A stretch of DNA of 64,000 nucleotides from Octopus bimaculoides (Eukaryota), in assembly GCF_001194135.2 (NCBI RefSeq), contig NC_068987.1, positions 30,791,068-30,855,067 on the forward strand, read 5' to 3'. Position numbers and translations under genes: made by a program. Below are positions 13,401 to 26,800 of the stretch, one piece after another. The notes beneath the pieces are model-generated. The model was not told the origin of the DNA. It did no database searches and worked only from the letters and a program-made list of their open reading frames with translations. Positions within the stretch are counted from its first letter, which is position 1; every line of letters begins with the position of its first letter.

Positions 13401-16400
13401 TACACCATTTGAGCGTGGCTGTTGCCAGTACCGCCTGACTGGCCTTCGTGCCGGTGGCATGTAAAAGCACCCGCTACACTCTCGGAGTGGTTGGCGTTAG
13501 GAAGGGCATCCAGCTGTAGAAACTCTGCCAAATCAGATTGGAGCCTGGTGTAGCTATCTGGTTTCACCAGTCCTCAGTCGAATCGTCCAACCCATGCTAA
13601 CATGGAAAGCGGACATTAAACGACGATGATGATGATGATGATGATGACTTCAGCCATATTCAGCTCAATGCCACAGATTTATTTGACCTTAAGTAGCTGA
13701 GCATTTCCTTTAGGGACTGACACTATGTGCATCCCTGATCATGAGCAGGAGTAGTAGGGAAGCATCATAGCGATGTGTTGAGAGGGATTCTTTGGGGTTT
13801 GAATAAATGTAACAAAAGCAAAGTTTGAAGGAAATATTAGCCATTGTTCATACTTTCTAGGGGTAAGCAAGTAGGAAACAACAGTTGCTACCCAAGGACA
13901 AAAACTGTATTACACAGTGTTATGTACTGGAAAAAATTGCAATACTCCAACATTGGGAACTCTAAAAGACAGCATTACCCAAAGCATTATGTACTGTAAA
14001 AGGTAGCTATACATTGTGTATAGTAAAAAAAAAAAAAATTGACAATAACAATATAATGTTGTATTAAAGTACATAATGTTTGAGTATTGCTGCACTTAAA
14101 ACATTATATATTATAAATGACAGCAATACTCAATGAACAACATCTTTCTGTTTGAAATAGGAAAGTGAGGAAGCAAGGAAAAAAAGAAAAGGGAACAGAG
14201 AGAAAAAGAAAAACAGAGAAAAGAGAGATAATGACATATAGATGTGAAAAGGGGGAGATAATGATATATAGATGTAAAAAAATGATGAAAGGAAAGAGAG
14301 AGAAATGAAACAGATATATAGACACTAAAAAAAAAAGAGAAAGAAAATGACAAAATAAAGAGGCAAACAAAAACGAGAGAGAGAAAGCATCAGCTTACGT
14401 CCTCTCCCCTCAAAATCTCTCCACCACCAGTCTCTTTCAGAAGCTGTCTCTTTGATTCATATTGCTGTGAAAGTTTGTTAATTTCTTCCCTCATTTTTTT
14501 CACTTCTTCTATTTTCTCATCTTTCTTGCGGGCAACAATGGTGGCCTGGAATCAAGAGTGAAATAGAGGATGTCATTGTTGGCCTCACAATAGATTCAGA
14601 GACTATTTTACAATCAAGTATCACAGACTTGAGACTAAAAAAAAAAAAAAAAAAAACTTTCACTCACTGGCTGGATGACCATGTTACCAATGTTATTCCA
14701 GCTTATCAAATTTAGAAACTATAAATTGTCTTGATACAGTAATTGGTCAAATGGCCACCTAGTAAGTTATATATATATATATATANNNNNNNNNNNNNNN
14801 NNNNNNNNNNNNNNNNNNNNNNNNNNNNNNNNNNNNNNNNNNNNNNNNNNNNNNNNNNNNNNNNNNNNNNNNNNNNNNNNNNNNNNNNNNNNNNNNNNNN
14901 NNNNNNNNNNNNNNNNNNNNNNNNNNNNNNNNNNNNNNNNNNNNNNNNNNNNNNNNNNNNNNNNNNNNNNNNNNNNNNNNNNNNNNNNNNNNNNNNNNNN
15001 NNNNNNNNNNNNNNNNNNNNNNNNNNNNNNNNNNNNNNNNNNNNNNNNNNNNNNNNNNNNNNNNNNNNNNNNNNNNNNNNNNNNNNNNNNNNNNNNNNNN
15101 NNNNNNNNNNNNNNNNNNNNNNNNNNNNNNNNNNNNNNNNNNNNNNNNNNNNNNNNNNNNNNNNNNNNNNNNNNNNNNNNNNATGGAGCCTTGTAGCCAT
15201 TTGATCTATATAAAAAAAATCCTACTGGATTTTAATAATTAAATATCATTCATCCTCCACAGCAGAAGTGTTAAGGCCACTCGCCCAAGAGTCCTGAGCC
15301 AGTGTCACATAAATAGCACTCATGCCATATTAAAAGCACCCAGCACACACTATAAAGTGGTTGGTGTCAGGAAGGGCATCTAGTTGTAGAAGTCAAGCCA
15401 AATCAGACTGGAACCTTGTGCAGCTCTCTGGCTTGTCAGCTCTGGTCAAACCATCCAACCCATGCTAGCATGGAAAACTAACATTAACAGATGATGATGA
15501 TGATGATGATGATGTACAAAAAAATTAACATATTTTGTGGATTGTAGAAGTATAAGCAATTTATTGCACATAAATTTTAAAAACAAAATCTTATATAGAC
15601 ACCACCCACCACCAAGGGCCTTATGGAGCCTGGTTGAAAACCAATGTCTTAAAAGATCAAATAAAACAACACACAAAGGTAGATTTATATATTGAAATAT
15701 TTCTATCTTTAAGTCTTAGAATGCAAAGTTGCTTGCAAATGAAGTAAGTTTCTTTTTGTCTCTTCTACCCTTACTATGATGGTCTCACACCACCTGAACC
15801 AGCTACCTTCATATCACAACCAATCATTATAACCCATCTCTTCTTCATTCATCAACCCACACTGTCTCTGATCTTCCAAATCCTATAGTGAATACCTCAT
15901 CTAGCTTTTCCTTCTCAAGACTTCAACCCTCTCCAATTCCCTCCTTGTCAACGACATTCCTGCAATCATTGATTTACAAATGTTAATCATATAAATTACT
16001 GAGAGATTTACTGAAAATGGTGCCATTTCCAAGACTCACCTGATTCCTAAACAAATGCAGTTTATCATCACCTCCATTTGATAAAATACCTTTTTTCTCA
16101 ATTAGCTGATTGACTTCTGTAATGAGGTCTTGGAGCTGAAAATAATTTGCAGGTAAACATTCTCCATGACAAATTCTCAAAAACAATAAAACGTGCACAG
16201 ATTTCTTTAATATAAGTCAAAATTACATGAAAAGAAAAAAAAAACCCAAAAAAATCAGATTTTTTAAGATATTCTACAGAATTTTCTGTAATCCAGAAAA
16301 GCATCAAAGAAATTGATGAATTTTCATTAAACTATCTTTGTTGATTTACCATTTGATAAATATATGCTGTAAGGTAGCAAGATGGCAGAATCATTAGCAC

Positions 16401-19400
16401 ACTGGAGAAAATGCTTAGCAGCATTTCATCAGTCGATATGTTCTGAGTTCAAATTCTTCTGAGGTTGACACTTTGCCTTTCATTCTTTCAGGATTCCATA
16501 AAATAAGTATCAGTTGAGCACTGGGGTTGATCTAATCAACTTATATCTCCCCCCAAAATTGCTGGCCTTGTGCCAATATTTGAAAACTAAATATATACAG
16601 TTTTAATCATATTCACTTATTTACTGTCCCAAAAGTGGAGAATCAAGAAAACTCTTTAGTCTTGTCAAGGACAAGACTATGTCACTAATGCTGGTGCCAT
16701 AACAAGACACATCCAGTACTCTCTATAATGTGTTTGGTGTTCTGAAGGGCATCCATCCATAAAAACCATGCTGAATGAAAATAATGAGAAAGGTATGGCT
16801 CCACACCATTTATGACCAGGAGCTATCTAGGATCATGGCAACCTGCCAAGCCCAAGCTGTGGAAATTGAGAGATGATTTTCGAAATACCAGCAACCATAC
16901 AGGACAGGAAAAAAATTCATGTGAATAAAAAAGATGATGGAGATACTGAAGGGTGGAATTACTTTTCATAAGTGGTTACCTATCCTGAGAGGAGAGCAAA
17001 AGAAGAAGGAAAAGAGTGTGATCAAGAAAGAAAGCAGGAACAGGTATACTCATCATCATCACCATGTATCTCCCTCACAGCAGCATAATTGTTTCTGTCT
17101 TTTTTCTTGTTAACTTTCTCCTCTCCCTCTCTCTGGATAACCATGTATCTCCTATTCAGCAGCATACCTGTTTCTGATCTCTCTCTCTCTCTCTCTCCTT
17201 CTCTTGCTCTTCCTTCTGGTTAGGTAACCATGTATCTCCTTTATTGTAGCACACCCGTTTCTACCCTCTTTCTTGTTAACTCTTTCCCTCTCTGTCTCTG
17301 TCTGTCTCTCTCTCTCTCCCTATTCCTTTCACTCTCTCTATAGCTGGGTAACCATGTACCTCCTCTACAGCAAGACATTTGTTTCTGTCTCTCTGTCACA
17401 CTCTAACCTTTCATCATCTGGCACAAGATCACCTCTTCCAATGTCCCCTCCCCTCTCAAAGATTCCTTATCTTGCAAAGATACTTGATAACCCTGCCAGT
17501 GCTGGTGCCACTTAAAAAGCATCCTGTTCACATTATAAAGTAGTGGCTGACATTTGAAAAGGCATCCAGCTGTAAAAACCATACCAAAACTGACCTTGCC
17601 TGTAAAAAGCACTCAGCTCACTCTGCTGCATGGTTGCTGTTAGGAAGGGCATCCAACCGTAAAAAAACATGCCAAAACAGACACTGAAGTGTGGTGCGGG
17701 CTTCTATCTAGCCAGCTCCTGTCAAGCCGTCCAACCCATGCCTGCATGGAAAGCAGATGTTAAACAATGATGATTGGGTGGCTTACCTGATTTTCCAACT
17801 CCTCCAGTTCAGGCTGACCAAGAACACGCTCAGAAACAGCCATTTGCATAATGTTTTCAATCTTCTTCTTCTCTTCAATTTCTTTTACTTGTTGAGTAGA
17901 AACTACATACTTGTTGGTCTTAATCTCTTCTTCAAGCTGTTGTAATATCACTACAAATACAGGTGTACATGGACAGATTAAATAGATGTGTTATAATTTA
18001 ACCCTTTAGCAATCAGATTACTCTACCAAATACAATGCTTATTTATTCATACTGTTTTGACTTAATCATACATTATCTTGTAGCTTTTAGATTTTGAAAA
18101 TGCAATTGCTCATTTTTAGAATGACATTGAAAGGTAGGTGTGAGAGGCACTTTCTCCCATGGCTGGGTTCCAACATGGGCCACAGTAACAAAATCCATTT
18201 GCCATACTTCTCAGTCCAACATCACTGCCTTGAGGCTTTGGATACATTCCAGGTCGTTGCCTGCAATCAAGTTGTCAATTCAAGTGTGACAATGTTTCCA
18301 TCTTCTTACATCAGCAAGAAATTCCAAAAGACTACATCACATGCTTCCAGTTCAGGGTGGCACACACAGTGACGAGATACTTGCAGCCATCTTTGCCTGA
18401 TTTTCTTGCTAGCTTTTGGTAGGTCTCCATAAAAGCATCCGTTTGTCATATGTTTCTGCCATTTGTAGCATTCTTGTATAGCATCCAGTTAGCTAATTTC
18501 AGTGTCCATGTTTCACTGCCATATAATAGCACTAATTTGACAAGTAGAATATTTGAGTAGGATGCAGCCAGTTTAAATGCTAAGGGGTAAATAGAGAAAG
18601 ATTAAACATAGGTGTACAGATAGAGATTAAATACAGATGCATGGTTATATATTAAAATTAGATATTTAGGCATGGATTAAAATAGGATACACAGTTGTAG
18701 ATTAAAGGCAGGTATGGATTAAATACAGGTATACAATGACAGTAAAAATGGAAATTGAAATGCTATTTAGAACACTTGAAAGTTTTTGAACTCTTGGTTG
18801 ATCATATGATCAATGACATGGAATCATGTCAGACATCAGCTTTGAAATGAATCAGCAGGAATTTTGGCATATGTTGGCAAGTCAAAATAAATTCAGATTT
18901 TTTGTTCAAGATTCGAGTTGGGTAATAGATGTTAGATAGGATAACAGTAAAGACTATAAGACAGAGGTTGCAAAACTTTAATCCATTCCAAAATGCTGTA
19001 TCACATTGATTCACCATAAATGTTCTCTTTTTCCTGGACTTTTGATGGTACATTCACATCTGCTGGGCAGCTAATTTTCACAACAGTGCATAACTTTTGT
19101 TCCATGTCCCACACTATTTATGAAGGCAGTAACTGTTATGTCTGCACAAAGGCAGTAACTCTGTTATGGTTGCACAGAGTGGCTGTTTCTATTGGAGTGT
19201 TCCACCAGCATTCCTTGATTTTAAAGGTGTGAATACATGCTGGTTTAGACATGCATTTGATGTATACATCAGGACAATCCTGCCTGCAGATAGTGCTCTA
19301 AATAGTCTTTGCAACTATATAATACCTCAGGGGCAGGTAGTATCTTGTAGACATTTTGGGGCAGCTGCTGATGATGTGGGTGATATATAGCAGAACCAAC

Positions 19401-20844
19401 ATTTTCTATCACAATGTGGAGGTTTGGCGGTATCTTTGTTGCTCTTGTTTATCAGGTATTTAGTAGCTATCTCCAATACCTGGATAGCAAATGCATATCC
19501 TTCAAGGTTGAATGTAATGTATCTACCACAGATCCAGGAGTGGCTACTGTTCCTGTCAATGCTCTTGCTACCCTCTAACGTACAGGATATGTACCCATGC
19601 ATTGCTTTTTACTGGGATGATGCCTGCTTCTCTTCCAGCCTCCTTTGAGTCACAATAGACGGTTGTACTCTGAAGGTGTAGTTGCTCTCACTTTTGAGTA
19701 TGCATGTAATGTACTCATTTCTTTCTTTACTATTCAGCTGATGTTGTTTGAGTGATACAATGCGACATTCAAAGGTCGTTTGGACTGACCTTATGCCTCT
19801 ATTGTTATCACTTCATCTCACATAGAACCAATCAATGCCACTGTTGATGTGGAAGTTGCCAATGGTGATCAGTACTATATATATAAGCAGGCATGCATGC
19901 ATGTATGTATGTACATGTGTGTATATGTGTGCATGAGGTGTGTTCAAAAGGTATATAAATTTATTTTTCCCCACCACCAAAACTAATGTTGCATGGGCAA
20001 AATTCTTTGGGTAAGAGGTGCACATGTGTAAAGATTTTCATGCTGGTAGGCTGTATCACACCTCGGCTGTTATGCCTAGAGTACAGCTGTGTAATGTGCA
20101 CACGTCAGAATTTTGTTTTCACATAAGATAACCAAATGCATCAAGCAGAAACATTGCATTAAGTTTTGCAAAAAGTTTGGGGATACTCAAGTTCAAACGA
20201 TCCAGAAGATTCAACAAGCCTTTGGCAATGATGCCAAGGACAAAACATAGATCGAGGAGTAGTACAACTGCTTCAAACATGGCCACACCTTAGTGGAGAG
20301 CAAGACATGCTCTGACAAGCTGAAACAAGGAGCTGATTGAGAAGGTTTGGCAACTAATTATGGAAGACCATCATGTAACAATCCAGGAAATTGTTCATAA
20401 AGTGGGAATAAGCACAGGATCAGTGCATTCCATTTAACAAAAGATTTGAGCATGGAGAGAGTGTCCTAATGTTAGATACTTCTTTAAGCACACCTTGTAA
20501 TCCATGCTTTCCTGGTTAAGAGCAATGCACCCCTTGTCTAACAGGCTCCTTACTCTCCTGACTCCATATTGTGTGACTTCTGGTGCTTTCCTAAACTGAA
20601 AATCATGCTGAAAGGAAACTGATTTGGGTTTTAAGAAGAAATTATGGGAAAATAATGGTGGAGCTCCGTAGCATTCCAGAGAAGTGTTCCAGAGGTGTAA
20701 CCAACAGAGGCAGAACTGCTGGAAGAAGTGTGTGAACTCCCAAAGGGGGTATTTTGAAGGTGATTAAATAAAATTTGTAAAATGTTCAAAATTAATTTGT
20801 CTTACGCCCAAAGGTCTGATACATTTTGCTGCACGTCATATGAA

Positions 20845-20875
<31 letters not shown>

Positions 20876-23800
20876 GTGTGTGTTGTATTTATATAGATAT
20901 GTAGATATGTGGCAGGATTCTTTTCAGTTTCCACCAACCCAAATCATTCATTAAGCTTTGGTCAGTCTGGGACTATACTAGAAGATATCAAAGTGATGTC
21001 TGTACTTATGTGTGTGTGTGTGTGTGTGTGTTTGGATGTGTGCAAATGTGTGTAAACCCTAACTTGGGAAAACATGAAAGGGTTGGCAATAGGAAGAGCA
21101 TCTGACTATAAAATCCATTCTGAAATAACTCACTGTCTAATATATTCTAGTCTTCTACTATAGCCCCAGGCCTTTGGTTAGATTGGGGCTATAGTAGAAG
21201 ACACTTACCCAAGGTGCAACACAGTGGTACTGAACCTGGAACTGCATGGTCAGAAAGCAAGCTTTTTACCACATAGCCACATATACATGTGTGTTAGTGT
21301 TACTGTCTCCTTACTTTGACATAGCAATATAGTTGTAGAAAAGTGTCACCATCATGCAAATGGTGTCCTCCATTTCCAGTCTTCCAAGTGAGTGTCAGCA
21401 ACAGCAAGCACATTCAGCTGTACAGAGTTAGCCTCAACAAATCCTGTGTGACCCATGCAAATATGGAAAAGTGGATGTTGGAAGAATGATGACTCCATGT
21501 GAAAACATTAGTTAACAACACAATCATCTTATATTACAATAGAGAAGATGACTTCTATCTGGCCATAACAACATCTGTGTGTGTGTAGAGAGAGAGAGAA
21601 GATGGGGAGGAGAAAAAGTTGTTGAGAGAGAAATACAGTGAGAGATAGAAAGAGTGTTTGAAAGATAGATACATAGGTAGTGTTGTCACCTTAGTAACTA
21701 GTTTTGATGAAAAATGTGGGAATGTTAAGTGCGAGTCTGTGAACACAATGCAACAGACTTCAAAAAAGAGACTATAGACAAGGGAGTGCTAAAAAGTACC
21801 TGACTTTGAGTAAAAGAAAATATAGGAGGATCAATTAATCATGATTTTATTCAACATATTCTCCTCTCAGATCCACTCATTGCAGCAGTCTGTCAGTTTT
21901 TCTAAGCCCTGTAAAAGAACTCAGAAGGTTGGGCCTCCAAACAGGCTTTTTGTCATACCCTTAAAACCAGGAACTTGTCAGCACCCTCTCATATATATAA
22001 TACATATAGTTTTCTTTTTTTGGGGGGTGGGGGGTCATTTGTGTGTGTGTTCTTCTCTATGTCGTTCAATGTAAAGACAACGCAACTCAAACTTTAAAAA
22101 AAGACTTTCACTTTGAACAGTTTATAAAGGTATGTGCATGATTAACAAATATTTTTACCAGTGGGGTAATGACAATTAACGACCTAGTGTCTTACAAAAT
22201 TAGAAAATTAATTATAGACACAATATGATAACAGACAAACGCTATTCACAAACAGAACCACCGGCTGATTAGTAGTGAGTCGGCACCTAACTACATAACT
22301 TACTTTTTGCAGTTGCCCCATTCCTGTATTGCTGTGTGTTCTTTAACTGTTGCTGTAACCTTCGGATCTTCTGTTCAGCTTGATGGATCTGATAGATATA
22401 AGATCATGGATTAATAGATTATAGAGAATTATTGCTGGAAACCAATTTAGCATGATTTTAGTGCTCAAGAGAAAAATATTTGAGTTTAATTTTAGAGTTA
22501 GAAGTGTATTAAAAAAGAAAAAAAAAGATCAAATTTATTTAATTACACTGTGTAACACAAATTTTGTCCTTGAGTAGCAACTGTTATTTCCTATTTACCC
22601 CTAGAAAGTATGAACAGCTTGGTGAGTCTTCTTCTCAAGCACGACATAATGCCAAAGGTCTGGGTCATTGCCTCTGTGAGGCCCAACACTCGAAAGGAAC
22701 TTGACCACTTTGCCTCTATGAGGCCCAACGCTCGAGACAAACTCAGCCACCTCACCCACGTGAGGCCCAACACTTAAAAGGAACTCAGCCACTTTGCCTA
22801 TGTATGTATGTATGTATGTCAGGTCACGTATGAGGCTCTCATAAGTGCTACTGGTAACATGTAATCTAGTACAACCTGTTGCACGGTCGGGTTGCCGGCG
22901 ACTAAACTGGCACCCCCACCAGGCTACCCTGGTGAAGAGAGTTGTTAGAAACCCAGCAGGATTAAAAACAAGACCTGTTGAAAGCTCGGATGGACCTAGT
23001 GCAGGCTCAACGGCTATCTAGCAATAGCACGGGTACGCAGAAATTCTGGTATGGTGTCCGGGGTGCTGAAAGACCACTGGGAGTGAGGTGCCCCTCAGCT
23101 TTTGTTGAAGCATGTCTCTAGGAGAAGGTCACTCTGATATAAAANNNNNNNNNNNNNNNNNNNNNNNNNNNNNNNNNNNNNNNNNNNNNNNNNNNNNNNN
23201 NNNNNNNNNNNNNNNNNNNNNNNNNNNNNNNNNNNNNNNNNNNNNNNNNNNNNNNNNNNNNNNNNNNNNNNNNNNNNNNNNNNNNNNNNNNNNNNNNNNN
23301 NNNNNNNNNNNNNNNNNNNNNNNNNNNNNNNNNNNNNNNNNNNNNNNNNNNNNNNNNNNNNNNNNNNNNNNNNNNNNNNNNNNNNNNNNNNNNNNNNNNN
23401 NNNNNNNNNNNNNNNNNNNNNNNNNNNNNNNNNNNNNNNNNNNNNNNNNNNNNNNNNNNNNNNNNNNNNNNNNNNNNNNNNNNNNNNNNNNNNNNNNNNN
23501 NNNNNNNNNNNNNNNNNNNNNNNNNNNNNNNNNNNNNNNNNNNNNNNNNNNNNNNNNNNNNNNNNNNNNNNNNNNNNNNNNNNNNNNNNNNNNNNNNNNN
23601 NNNNNNNNNNNNNNNNNNNNNNNNNNNNNNNNNNNNNNNNNNNNNNNNNNNNNNNNNNNNNNNNNNNNNNNNNNNNNNNNNTATATATACATACATACAT
23701 ACATACATACATACAGAGTGCAGTGAATAAATTGCCGTCTAAATTACACAAAAATGAAAATAACACTGACATCTCATTTTAACAGTTTACCAAAATTAAG

Positions 23801-26800
23801 TAAAGAAATCTTGAAATACTAAAGATTAAATTTATTCAATAAAATAACCATTGGCTTCAACTATGGCCCCTGCATGACTTCAGAATCTCCTGCAACTCTT
23901 CTTGACAGTCTCCTTGTTTAAGTTGGGGAATGCTGCCATAATCCTTGTCTTCAGTTCATCTTTGGTGTTACAAGGAGTTTTGTTGGTTACTCACTGAACT
24001 GTGTCCCACACATAATAATCAAGTGGGATTGAAGTCTGGGGAGTTAGGTGGCCAGATGTTAGGGGCGATGTGGTCACAGGAATTGTCTGACAGCCATGAC
24101 TAGGTTCTCCTGCTTGTGTGACATGGTGCAGAGTCCAGTTGCCAGACAGGATTTTCCAGCAGCCACTCTCTTGACCCAGGGCAGCACTACCTCCTCCAGG
24201 CCTTTGATGTAGGCTTTTATGTTGAGTCTGAGGCCGTGTGGGAAGATGAATGGCGGCATAATATTGCCATCACTAGTGATCACGCCAAACACCATGGTGC
24301 TGGCTAGATGTTTGATTTTTATCACTCTTATTACATGTTTTGGGGACACAGCAAGTCAAAGGTTGTTGTGTGTTCACCATCTCATCCTGGCAAAAAATTT
24401 TCTCATCTGAGAAACACCAAAGCAAGTTCAGTTGGAGGGAATGCTTGAGTTTGTCCAAACGCTTCATAGCATGGTCTTTCCTCTTGTCCTTGATGGCTTG
24501 GAATAAAGATTGGCCCTTTCTCATCTTGTATGAGGAATATCAAATGTCTTCATGCACTACCTGCCTGATAAGAAACTCAGACACTTCCATATCCCTATCA
24601 ATGGACCTGATTGACTTGGAGGGATTGGTGTCAATCACGGCCTGGATCTCACCAACAAATATTCAAGAGTTTCTTTTCTTATCAGAATGACCAGGGTGAG
24701 TTTTCTGCGCTGCCTTAGCTTCATAGTCACCATTAGACTCATCCAACTCTTTCCAAATCTTCTGCAGTGTTCTTGGATTGACAACCAAACAATCTGAAAT
24801 GTTCGTATTGGAGCTTACAGCACAAATACCAAGCAGTACGGCATGTTGTTTCCAAATTTCGGGCAGAGTGAATTGCATTATGGTGCTGTTTTTCTCAGAG
24901 ATGGTGCCCAACTGACCCCTACTATACTGTGTAGTCGACAAAATCAAAAAATGCACATGTGTGAAATTAAAAACATAAAATGGTGACAATTTACTCATCA
25001 CAGCCTGTGTATATATATATACATATATATGTGTGTGTGTGTGTGTGTTACATAGCAGTTTATTATTCACTAATTCATTATAAAAATAACATACTTGCTC
25101 ATTTTGTCTTTGCTTCTGTTCAGCAAGTTTCTTCTCTTCATCTCGCTCCCTTCTTAGCTTCCGTGCAACAGCCATCATAGTCTGGGCATTTGGATGAGAC
25201 TCAACCTACAAAAGCAAATAATTTCAAATGAGACATCCTTGCCATTTCAAGTGTCAGTAACTTTGACTTAGCATCTCCAAGTAAAAAAAAAACCTTTGAT
25301 TACATCCAAACTACCTCCAAAAGAATGTCACCTAACTGACTAACAAAGACTCATATACCAAGATATTCAGATGTTTTTGGTGTATGATGCCTTGTCAGTC
25401 TCACACGTATGGATATCACAGGTACATTGTCTTCCTTTTCTGAGCTTGCAGCACAACAACTTCTCCCCAGAGCTAGCTAGGTTTATATCAACTCAATCTA
25501 AGACCATGCAGCACACTCATTTTTCTTTCTTTCATAATGTAGACTGTTCCATCACCTTTTCTGACATGATGTTAACATCATTCCGAATATTTCTTGAAAA
25601 TGTCAACCATATAGAATACCATAAATCCTCAAGTATAGTCCACCCTTGAGTATAATACGCAGGGGATTTTTAGGGGGCTGTACCTCTGAAAAACCTAAAC
25701 CTTGTGTATAATACACACCTCTTCTCTAACTTGAGTCAGGGAGGTCTATATAATGTCCTTGGTTTGTAAACGTATATACGGTAACGCCCTTTATTATCAT
25801 TATATATATAACATAATGCAAACGTGTAGCTTTTTTGTGTACTTTGTTTGCAGAAAATAAAGAAATAACCGTAATAACGTCAGTGAAAAAGAAATATTAA
25901 GTAAATTGCCTTTACATATCTATCACTTAGAAAATTTTGCTTAGAAAATAGTTTTCATTTTTAACCTCGTATATAGTACGCACTAGAAATTTTGACCTTT
26001 AAATTTTTGGAAAAAAGTGCAGATTATACTCGAGGATTTACGGTATCTTCCTGTCCATTTTTTTCCCCCCTGCAAACACTGGCTTACTGATGCTCAAATT
26101 GTAACAGTCTTGCTAGTCTAGGAAAGCCTTCGAAGGAGAAGGACGTTGTCATCGGCGCTGCCACCACCACCACCACCACCACCATACCTTTGCTTTCCAC
26201 GTCGACATTAATTGAATGAACCCTCACACTTTGAGTCAGTCCTTATTCAGAGTAACTGCTCTTTAGATGAATCAGGCGACATCTCATTCATACAGTAATG
26301 CTTTGGAACAGTTTCTACTATTTCATTGCCTTCCTAATAGCAACCACTTTACAGAGTGTACACAGTGCGTTTTATTGTAACACCAGCACTTCTGAAGTTG
26401 TATGTACCCTGCAAGACAAAAGGTGTTTCCACTGTCTGTATCGTCACCTTTCATTCAGGGGCAATAACAGTAATGTGACCAATGGATGGAAAAAAAGTTC
26501 AGTACATGTTATCGTTATTGGTAACAAAAAGGCTCTCTCTTGAGTGATGGGCAGTTTGTATGAAGTGAATGCATAGAGCATTATGCTGTTTGGTAGTAAG
26601 GCATGACGTTTTGAATGCTGCAGATTAGTAAAGACTAAAAAAGAAATGAAGTGAGCATGCTTTGCTGAATATGTAATCTTAGAGTGTATAAGCAACAGTG
26701 TAAAAATGTGCTGAGAGAAAAACTGGATGTAAAAGGAATTAGCTGTTGTATACAAGAAAGACTGTGCTGATAAGGGTACATGATGTATATGGAGGATGAC

